A stretch of 49,383 bases of DNA, counting the filler, from Bipalium vagum (taxonomy: Eukaryota), in NCBI GenBank assembly GCA_037834085.1. It is 2 parts of 2 records of this genome, joined end to end, with 100 filler letters (N's around TTAATTAATTAA, not from the genome) between each part and the next. Parts side by side here need not be neighbours in the genome. Positions count along the whole stretch, not along the records: positions 22,415 to 49,383 come from JBBMKC010110038.1; 1 more part is not named here. One strand, given 5' to 3'. Below are positions 24,718 through 36,100 of the stretch, piece by piece. Under the pieces are notes generated by a model that worked only from the letters and a program-made list of their open reading frames with translations, did not search any database and was not told where the DNA came from. Position 1 is the stretch's first letter. Each line of letters starts with the position of its first letter. The position numbers and the translations under genes were made by a program.

Positions 24718-27700
24718 GTAACGTGGTTATCAAACGATTTATGGCACTGCGAAATCTGTTATTATTTGGTTTGTTTGTTTTTTTTTATGTAGGATTTATT
24801 CAAATTGCTGGAGAACCAGGACTATCGACCCCTGGCCTATCTGGTGGTACAGATATTGCGGTTTTTGAAAATTCCAAACGCAACGATTTCCTCTGTTGAC
24901 AAAGCTCTGGACACGTTCAGCAATGAAAAGCGAACATCGACGCGAGTTAACATTCTCCAGTTGCGTGCCGGACGGCAGATTTTCAAATTGAATGCGGAAA
25001 ATAAAGCCAAATTGTTGGAAAATCTCATTGAAACGGTCTATGATGAATTACCTGATTTCAATTTCGCTCCCAACGGATTCAATAGCGGAAACAGTTCAAA
25101 CGGCACGAATAACCATTCCTTTTGCGGTGCTAACAAATTCGGCGACATTAAACAAGAAGATACCGCCGACGATTCAATGAATGAGCTGGCTATAAAGGCC
25201 GGTTCCGACTCCAAAGGCAGCAGTTACGTTTATTTGGACGGTAATTTATAATTCTTTTTCGTTTTTTTGTCGTATATTTCAAGATATTTTTGTTAAATAA
25301 AATAATTTTTTAATTAATTAGTATTTAACAACGTTTTATTATAAAATTTTCTTTAATTTATTTTTAATTAATCTATTTTTTTGAATATCAAAGATATTTA
25401 TTTTAATTGAAGCAAATTTTAAATATTTGGTTTTATTTTTTATTATTATTATTGATTATTTTTATTTAATTATTTTAAAGTGGTAATTTTTTTATTTTTA
25501 CTATTTTATCATTATATTGAAAAAATGCACTATTATCAATTAATTTTGATTTTTTCGAGATAATTCAACAAATTCTTGTTCAACTATTTATTATGTTAAT
25601 TGTAATATTTTACAATTCATTTTCTCTATTTTCACTAAATTTATAATTTCGATTTTTATTAATATTATACTTAACATTTTAATTTATTATTATTTTATTA
25701 TAAATAATTAACATAATATTTATTGAATTACTGAAATTCCCAACGGTTTACGAAGAGGGAATTCGGTCAAAGCTTTATTGCATGGATATTGACATGCAAT
25801 AATTGTTGAAAGTAATGTGAAATGTCACTTTTTCTCTTGTGCTAATTCTTCGTTTATTTATTTAAACAAAAAAATGAGACGGAAATATTTTGGAAAATAT
25901 TTATTTTATCTAGCTTTAATTTTTGAATGAGTTCTGTCAATTTGGTATATTTGTAGCTGAAAATTTTTATTATTTCTTTAATTTACAACAGATATTTTTG
26001 AAGTTTATTCTTAGTTATATTTTTATTGTTTTATTATTTTTCATTTTTATAAATATAATTAATTTTATTTTTATTTTTAAGTTTTCTTTTTAATTAATGA
26101 ATTTTGTATTTATTTTGAACATTTCCGCATAATTGTTATTGTATATTAATAATTATTAATTAATTCTTTGACATGTGTCAAACAAAGAGATCTGACACTA
26201 TTAATTATAAAATATTGATAATTTCATATTTTTGTTCATAAAAATTAAATGAGAAAATAAAAAATATAAGGAAAAAACGAGGAAAAGTTAGAAGAAAGAA
26301 AATTCAATTTTAAATAGAAATTTGACGGAAAATTTGTAAAAAATTGAAAAATAAAATAAGAGTCAATGAAAGAAGTGTAAAACATCAAAAAATGCATCAA
26401 TTTCTGTTTTGAATTATTCTCATTGATGAAAGCTGACAATACACTCTAGTAGACTTTACAGATAAATAAGTATCTTGGCTATTTATTTTTTTATCTTAAG
26501 TGCTTGAATATTAATTGATTTTATAGTTGACTGAATATTATAAAAGGACAAGTTTTGACAGATTGTCATGTATTCTATTTCTTTATTCCTATTCTTTTCT
26601 TTTTTATTTATTTAAATCTGAAACAACTTTTGAAGCTTAACATAAAATGATCTTCCTTATTCTTAATTTAATATCATTAATATTTCAAAAAAATTTAAAG
26701 CATTGATAAAATGATTTTGATAGGCTTAGTTGTTTTAAAAGTGGACCTGAAATTTTTGACCAATAATTTAATTTTCATTTTTATCCAACTATTTAATTTA
26801 CATTAGATTAGTAAAATATGTTACATTGGATTATGCATTAGCAAGTGTAAAGTTCGGGTGTTGTTTAAATTAAGCAATTACAAATGAAAACTGTGTCTTC
26901 AAAAATAGTTCTAACTGCCTAAAATAGTATTTTACGGTTCATTTTATTATTTCAACAGACAGAACAATACCTTTTTTTATTAAATACAAGATTTTCTTCC
27001 ATTATCACTTATTATCATTAGTTATATAAATAGTAACGGTTATAATAATTGTTTTATTGAAATGCTATATATATATATATTTAAGTTGGACACCAATGGA
27101 ACGAAAATTGTTATCCAATTTGTTAAGGTGAACAGTCTGCAGTTGTATGTTTCGTTTATATAGACCCTTTAATATTTAACATACTTTTTTTAATATACAA
27201 TCTAAAATAAAATATTTATCTTGTTATAGATTTGCGCCTTTATCGAGAGAAACCACAAAGTTCTCTTTCGGCTCAATGGGATGTTGTTGTTGGTCCAACT
27301 ATTGATCAATGGAGAGCTTTCATTAAATCTTTAGGACATGTCGATGAAGAAGGGGATTTAAGAGTTTTTCTTAAAGATCATTTGTTGGAAGTGGTTAGTA
27401 CGTCTTTGGATAGTGGCGAATTGTCTCAAGAAAATACGGAATTGTTCGTTTCCAATTTGCTAAGTAGAGAACGAAATGAATTAAATGGTTCTTTGGATTA
27501 TTATGGGACTGTATCAAATCCAAAATCACTACCAAATTGTGGTGGAAATATGTATGAAATTCAAGATAATGATGGTACTGGCAGTGGTGGTACACCCGCT
27601 GGCAACGTAGTGCCGAATAGTGCAGCAAATATGGAGTCTTCCAATGTGGCTGTTTCAGTTAAGTTAGAAATGACAGATACTTCAGGTATTAATTCTCAAA

Positions 27701-30062
27701 ATTATAAATAGATAATCATGATAAAAATAAATAATAATAATTATTATCGTTACTTGAAAATTACTTGAAGATACTGTGACTCGAACTCAGGATCTTTCAC
27801 ATGTACACGGACAGCTCTGACTGCTGAGCTACACCCCCAAACTAATGTTAAATTTATCTCACAATAATAAAAATAAAAAATAATGAAGAATTTTGTAAGA
27901 TAAAATTAAAGAATAGTATTTATGATAAAGATGTGAAATAGAAAAATATAAACAAATGAATAAAAATAAAAAACGTACTATTCAAATCTTGGTGATCATG
28001 AATGCATCCCTCTTAAAACATGAAACGAAATTGGATTGTCTAACCAAACATTGTATCATCAGAATTCGTCATTAGTTATTCTTCTTTTGAAATTCCTTGG
28101 TGCTTTGGTTAAATCTTTGGTCAAGATGAAACTCCTTTAATTGAATTTCACATTCCAAATTGGTCCAAATATCAATCAAGTGCTTTGTATCTGACAGATT
28201 CATCTTCGGAAGATATGGTTTTCATTGATCAACGAAAATTTATCAATTATTTTTTTCTCTTTGATACCTCTCTAATCCAAAGGCCCATATAATTCCAAAC
28301 CGTTTGTCTTGTATCGTTCTTCATTGCCAATTATTATCTTAGATATTTTCCCTCTGAAACTTAAATCAACATTCCTTTTGAACTTCACTATAAACAATAT
28401 CACCTTTCCTTTGAACAGTGCATTTCTCATTAAGAGAAAGCCCAGTTCATCCACGTTTCAGCAGGTAACATCATCTCTTTGAACTGGTATGTCTTCCATT
28501 GATGTTGAAGGGAAAGCACACGTTCATATTCTGTCAACATTAATGTTTAAATGGAATTGATTTTAATTTATTAATTAAGTAATTGATATTCCATTTTAAA
28601 AATAAAATACAATTTGTTTTTAATGATTTATCGTTGAAATTTACTAATTTTTATAATAAAAACTCTGGTTTTTTTGGAGTCTTTTTTCCCTGTTATGAAA
28701 GCATTGAAGTATTGTGCCATCTGCTCAAGCTTAATATAGAGGAGACGAGAAGGTTTGTATTATTTGTGTAAATGCCCAATTTACGTGTGAGGGGTAGAAT
28801 TTGTAATTTTTTCTTTCAAAATCCTACGAAGTTTAAAAGGGTGGCTTAGTTGACAGACTTTGGTGTTTATGGTTAATCTCGTGGCATTTCGAAGGAGTAG
28901 ATAAATTTTGCTGGCGACGGCGTGAGGAAATGTAATTTTTTTGACTAAAACCAATGTTACATAAGAGTTTGATATGTTATGTCATCGAAAGTGTTACATA
29001 ACTCGAGGGTCAAACATTTTCAAAGCAAATTTTGATATTTGTTTTGTTTAATTCCATTTTAGTACGGACAAAATCATTTATTGTCTTGATAAAAATTTAC
29101 GATAAACAATTTTCTACTTTTTCTGTTTATCAATAATGACCTTTACTCAGATTCTTTCCTTGGATCCTTATACATGAATTCAAATATTTCTACACAACAA
29201 AATCAACAGATCATCACAAGAAGTAGTTCTTATTCAGGTTCCCAGTTTCCTATAACATCACCGGTGTACGGATCGGTTTCTTCTCCCGCTCAAAGTACGC
29301 AAGGAGCTCCATCGACTCCGTCAGCTGAAAGCAATCAAATGAAAACTTCACCAAGAATGGGTTCTTGTCAAAATCGCGAACAGAAGATTGAACCTTCCAA
29401 TATGCCTCTTTCTCAATATCCCCAAACTCATCAGAATCTTTATCATTTATCTATGCACCCTTCCGTTCAGCATATGCCAGGTTCGCATTATTTTTTTGAC
29501 TTTTTGCAATGAAAACAATGGTTAAACAAACCATATTTTCCACAATGCCAAATAATTCCATAACTGTCTATCATTATTTCTTTAACTTTCTTTTTTATTG
29601 TTATGCTTTCATTTTCTGTTGAATAAATTGATCTCAAGAAGCTTCTTTAATTGAACGCCAACTCTTTTTGTCAATCCTTTTTAAACACTTAATTGTTATG
29701 AGGCCTGGCATAATTTCTTAATCTCCCAGGTCTTCTCCCACTAAAGTACTTCTTAATCTCTCAATTGTAAATGCTCAAAAATTCCGACTATTAAGTTCTT
29801 GAATCCATTTTTAATCTAACTTTATTCGTTAATTTGAAATTATTATTCAATCAATTAATATAATTATTGTCATTTGTTTTGGTGCCGAATTTCTTATTGA
29901 TTTTAATATTTTGCAATATTTTTAACAAATTATATTTGGACTTCTTTATTATTTATTCTTCTTTATTTATTATTCTTATTTTATTTATTATTCTTATTTT
30001 ATTTATTATTCTTATTTATTTATTCTTCTTATTCTTTATTATTTATTAGACATTCTTTATTA

Positions 30063-30113
<51 letters not shown>

Positions 30114-33100
30114 GAAAACAATTAAAATCAAACTGATTCAATTTATATAATAATTACTTAAAATATTACAACAACAAAAAATTAATAAATAATAATAAAA
30201 TCTTAGAGATAATTATTTTTTATATTAATAATATTTTAAAATCATTTTTATATATTTATTTTTTCTTTTACAAATATACAAAAAATTTTTAAGATTAAAA
30301 TTTAATTTTCTATAATATTTTTTCTTCCATGGAATTCGAAAAATATTACCGAAATTTAATTAATGAATTTTACAGAATTATTATGACCCATGTTTTGTTC
30401 GAAAAACATGAATTATTTATTTCATTACTTTTTTAAGCAATGCTATTTTTGTAAGTATTCCAAACATGAATATAGACCTGAGCAAATATTAAGTACATAT
30501 TTTATGGCCATAGTATTTGAAGAGTCATACTATTAGGTGTGGGAATTAATTTCCATTGTTTTAAAACAATCTTTTAAATTTTTATTCCACGAAACAATAT
30601 ACTGATCGATTCATTTTTTTTGTCTTCGTAAGATTTAGGCGTGTGCTCAGCGGAGAACGCTGCTCTGAAGGAAACAAGTGAAAGTCAGATAGTAAATACA
30701 GCGAGTTTGGCAAGTCCTCCAAACTCTGATGTCGTTATCATGTTGCGAAATATTATTTTTATATCTTTGAGCATATTTTGGTCTCTACTTAAATCGATTA
30801 GTTGTTGATTCTGCTCACCAGTTACCGTTTCGGATTGTTTCAGAATTTGATAGAATTCCTTTTGATACCATCAAATACATATTTCTCCATCTTCATATTG
30901 TGGATGTAGAGGATTCACCAAATTTTTTTCGATTATTTTTTCGAACCACACGCATTTTACATCACCGGTTACAATTCTAGTACCTTTAAATAATTACTGC
31001 ACAGTTTTACGGACTTTTACTACTGGAAATCTTTGTTTTCAAAGTTCTTTGGTCAACCTGAATCTTCTTTATCTTATACTTTGTACTCACTGGAGTTAAG
31101 TCAAGGAAATAATTCTGTGCATGATCTCTGTGTTTGTAACATTAATAAGGTTCTTTACATTTACACAAGTTTCTTTACTTCTTTACATTGAAGTAAAATA
31201 CTGCTTCCAACAAATAATCATTTGTCGGTATATAATTTTGCATTTCCGATTAAAATAATAAAAAAGATAACCAAATTAAACAATTAATCGATATTAATTT
31301 TCACAGACTCAAATATTACCTTTCGTTGTAATTTAGTTAACAAATACATAAAATTGTATTGCACATTAAATTATAAAAAATTATAAAAAAATGTTTATGA
31401 ATATCACTTTATAAAGCAGATGGTATGATCGGATATCAAATGAGATATCCAAACCAGCACCGGTTTCCTTATCATTCAAACACACCCATGGTGATGATAG
31501 GAGGAAATCAAAATCCTGCCCTTACTCCTAATGGACAGGCAATGGTATTCACCACTCAAATGGCCAATGATGCTGCCATAGAATATGCAAGACAGAGAAC
31601 ATCTCTTTACCAGTTCCACAACAATCATCCGGCAGTGGTGGATTTTATTCAACACCATTACAATCCAAATCGATTAATGGGACTCCAAAAACCTTACGAA
31701 CAGTTGACACAAAAGCAACTGGAAAATCGTAAAAACAAAATGGCAAAACTCGAACAAATTCAGTCGACATTGAGCAAGACGAAATCTCAAACCACATCGG
31801 TAGCATCAACGGCTGCGACATCAAGCTTACCTTCCAATTCTTCTCAAACGTCTATTTCATCAACTTCAACGGTATTATCCAGTACGGCACCAATCATTTC
31901 CGACATCACTAATGCTCAGTCCATTCTCTCAAAACAAGGTCCACAAACTGTTCCCATACCAATGTCATCTGCATTGGCATGTGTGGAGTCGAATCCAGCA
32001 ATGGAAGTTTCACAAGCAACAGATCAAATCAATACCTTAACTTCAATTAACAATGCCAACTTAGGTCAACTTCCCCCCGATAATGGGGCCAATTCAATGC
32101 ACCCATCAATGCCCGGTATTATTCTGATATAATTAATTTTTTTATTTAATTAAATTTATTTTTATTTAAAATTTCTTTATGTAATTTTTATTTATTATTT
32201 TATATTTTAATAATATATATCATTTTATTTAAAGAAAGTAAGTGCAAACGTTCTTGGGCACTTTAATTTTAACGAGAAAATGATTCAATGACAAAGTTTA
32301 CACGATTAGAGATGTTAAATGTTTAGGAAATATGAATTTATGCGAGGCAAATTTAATGTCACAATTAAGTTGGTCATTTATTTTCATAATAAATGGACCT
32401 TTATGAAAATATTTCATATATTGGTATCGTCTTTATATTCATGGTATTACTATTCTTTAATAAAATATATTTGTTACTGTTTTATTGCAGTTTCTAGTAG
32501 TCTTTATTTAAAAATAGATCTTTGTAAATCATATATAATTATTCCGTATTTAGAACTATATCACAAAAATCATGGTAATAGTTAAGTTCTACACAATTAT
32601 GTACAGGAAATGCTGCCTTAATTTAATCTTGATAATGAGAAAAGGGCAATTATACATTCATATCGTTCTGATAGGCTTTCTTTCAGAGAAATTTCAAGGA
32701 AAGTGAATATTCCAAGTACAGCAGTTGCCTATACAATTCAGCGATACAGTGAAACTGGATACAATTGAGGGAGGCCACGCAATGGAAGATTTCATGTGAC
32801 AAAAAAACACGGCATGAGAGAAACTTATTGGACATACTGCTAAGCTTTGTCTATAGATGAAAAACAGGAAGATAGAACTCTCACAATTATAGAGTGACCA
32901 CTACAATCTCCTGATTTGAATCCGATAAAGTTACTCCGGAATGAATTGGATATTCTGATCAGAAAAAATTCACGTCTTCTCAGGAACACCTTTGGAGCAT
33001 ATTGGAATATGAATGGAATAGTTTAGAATCACCCAAACTCCAAAATCTTGTCAGCAGAATGCCCAGAATCGTTAAAGCCGTATTGAAAGCAAACGGCGGT

Positions 33101-36100
33101 TTATTCAACGAGAAACAATTTTGATATTTTTATTTTGAAATCTTCGTAATAATCTGTCCATATTATTTTTGTTGTAGATTAATTTAATAAATGTTGAAGG
33201 TGCATATATCTCATTGTTTCCATATTTTAGTTTTTTATTAGATTTCGATAATAGACCATTATAATATTCAGTGTCCAGGAAATTTTGCACATCATTGAAT
33301 ATATGATAAATAATAATATTATAATAATTATATTTTTTGTTTTCCCATAAAAATATCGTTTTTTGCTATTAAGATTTAAAATTTTCTGTACGAAGAGATT
33401 ATTTATTCGTGACTTAAAATTTGCGTAACCCACCAACTAAAATACTGAGACTTTTTTATATACGAATTTGTTTTATTAAACTATTTTACCGCCAAATGTG
33501 ACCGTAAAATATGAGATTTTAGTAATTTTATGAAATAATTGGAAAAAAGAATTGGCTGCATCGTAAGCAGTCTGTTTTATTATAGAAGAAGGCCAAGACC
33601 AGAAAATAAGTGGAAAATTATGTGTGGTCTGCAAAGTAACGTCAATCCGGTTGCAGAAGGGTATTTGTGTTTCATGAAGAAAGAATATATTGCATCCAAC
33701 CCGTTTCAATAAATTCTTCAATTTGCCGCTGAAGTTAATTCATCAAAGTTCACCAACCAACGACATTTTCAATTTTTGAGGAAAATAGAGCCCATGAATC
33801 GACCCTTATGAGCTGTCAAAAGCAAGTAAACGATTCAAAATTTTTAAGTCTCTTGCATGAAAAGTCGGATATATTTAATAGCATAAGCGGAAACTATCAA
33901 TGGTTACCTACAAAAAATCCGTCTGTTTCTAGTTCTAATGTACAGCAGCGATTTGGTAAAATATCATGTTATCCGTTTTATGGAACTTTAATGGAATCCT
34001 CTTCTTTGAATTTCTACCAGATATTTCTATCTTAAACTCGGACATTTTTTCAAGTCAAGTGAAGATATTATCTGAAGTCAAGACAACAATATATTCTTTA
34101 ATCAACCAGAGGTTTATAACAAGCGGAAAGCGTAGAGCTTTATACATTACAGAAATCAATATCAAGTTTCAACAGCCTTGATGGAATCGAACTAATGTCA
34201 CATCCGCTGAACTCGCCATATGTCGCAGCTTCATTTGTTTCGGTCAGTCAGAAATTTCTCCGAGGACGGTGATTTGAAAATGAAGATGTTCTTCACGAGG
34301 ATCTGACAAAGCACCATCGATTCGTATTAAGGTGAAATCTTGTGTATGAAAACGATAGATTTTATTTTTGTTCGTGAATTTTGTCTTTCAATAATATTTG
34401 TTGAAACCTTTTAGCAAAAAACTTTATTTTTTATGGAACAACATGACATTATCATAGGTACATAATTATTTTTTATTTTTCTTAATTTTCCACCATTTTA
34501 ATGATAAAATAATAATGACGAAACCTTCTCAACTCGAGTCATAGTGGCTATTAACGTTTTCTATTATAACTCTAAAACAATTAGGTTGCGGTTTTTCAGG
34601 TGTTCATAAAGAAACAACAAGCTTCATAACAAGTTAATCAATACTGAACTGTTCTTGACCAATATTATGCTATAATAATATATCATGCGCTGTATATGAA
34701 TAAGTATAAATATATAAATCTGATTATTGTTTACAAAGAAAGGTTGCATGCCAACCAACAGAACAACTTGTGCACATTGACAGCCATATAGACCAACGTG
34801 ACCCTTGATTGCAACTTTCGATTTTCATTTCTTCACTGTGAGAGACAGACATTTTATCGGATTTTTTCGTTTTTTGGAACCATTGTTGTGCAGAAGAATG
34901 TTCATTGAATTTTCCCCTTTGACAGAAAATGACATTGTTTTAATTAGGTGAAAAATTATTATTTAATTTTCACGGGAACTGGGTGTGAGAACATGTAAAG
35001 TGGAAAATATAATAATTTTTTTCCAATGTTTTGTGGAAATTGTTGATGAATGGACGGGTGATGTTACGATTGGAAATATTTTCTGCTTTATGTCTCTTTC
35101 TAAAGTTGGTAGTGCATTGTAAAGTGAAAATTTTTTCATATAAACAGCACACAAATAAAATTTCAATAGACATTGGATATATTATTCACATAATAATTAA
35201 TAAATACTGAATTATTATTATTATTATTATTATTAAAGGATCATTGAATTAATTTACAAGGATCAAATAAATCGAATTTAAGAACATTGATTTGATTTAG
35301 ATTGATTTCCGGAAATCTCCGTCTGTTCTGATTTGTTAAAATTATTAACCAATGAAACATTATTTTAATGTTTAAGGGAATTAAAAATTTTAAATTAATT
35401 AATTTCATTTATTTTAATCAATAAAAATAATTTTTAAAAAAATAATTTTGAATGAAAATCAATCTACTTTTTGTTTTAATTTATTTTGTCACCTTAAATT
35501 TTTTTATAGAATTTTATTTTATTTTAATTGGACCTCAATAATAATTTATTATTACTTAATAGAAAATAATAAGTATTCGGTTTTGTGCCTTTTAACATCC
35601 CGATGTTAATATTTATTATTTTCTCCACCAGGGCAATTTCATCCTTTTATATCAGAGCAGCAGCAGATTTCTGAACATTACCATATGAATTCTAATCAAC
35701 AAATGGCGGGGTCTGATTTTCAAGCTTTTATGATGTCTGGTGATTCTAATAACCCGTCATGTAGTGAGGCTGCACAACGACAATGGGAACTTTTGAGAAT
35801 GGAATATATGAGAGAAAAACAAGCGCATGATGTTATGGGGAATCGGTTTCCCGCTGGAGAAATGATTCCATATGCCAATGGTCCTGGTGGGCCCGGAAAC
35901 CAAGGAATGATTCCCAACAATTTGCCCGTTGTGTCCAATATGATTCCCGGACATCGACCAAATCTCATCAGGCAATCATTTCCGCCATATCCTGTAGCAA
36001 TGGAACCATCGGGGGTTATGTATCCTACAACCACTGGTGTGAAGCGCCCATATCAACTGATTGGTGCACCACCACCACCGGGATATCATTCACATCCAAT

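Noticed and set aside
27766-27838. Functional tRNA-Val(TAC) or anticodon-switched tRNA
   Set aside because: The anticodon stem does not pair, the D-loop GG is lost and the acceptor stem has several G:U pairs; treated as a pseudogene.
29867-30049. Hydrophobic membrane-like ORF
   Set aside because: Translation of an AT minisatellite.
33476-33800. Possible Merlin/ISXO2-type fragment
   Set aside because: No catalytic motif or TIR recognisable; too weak to call.
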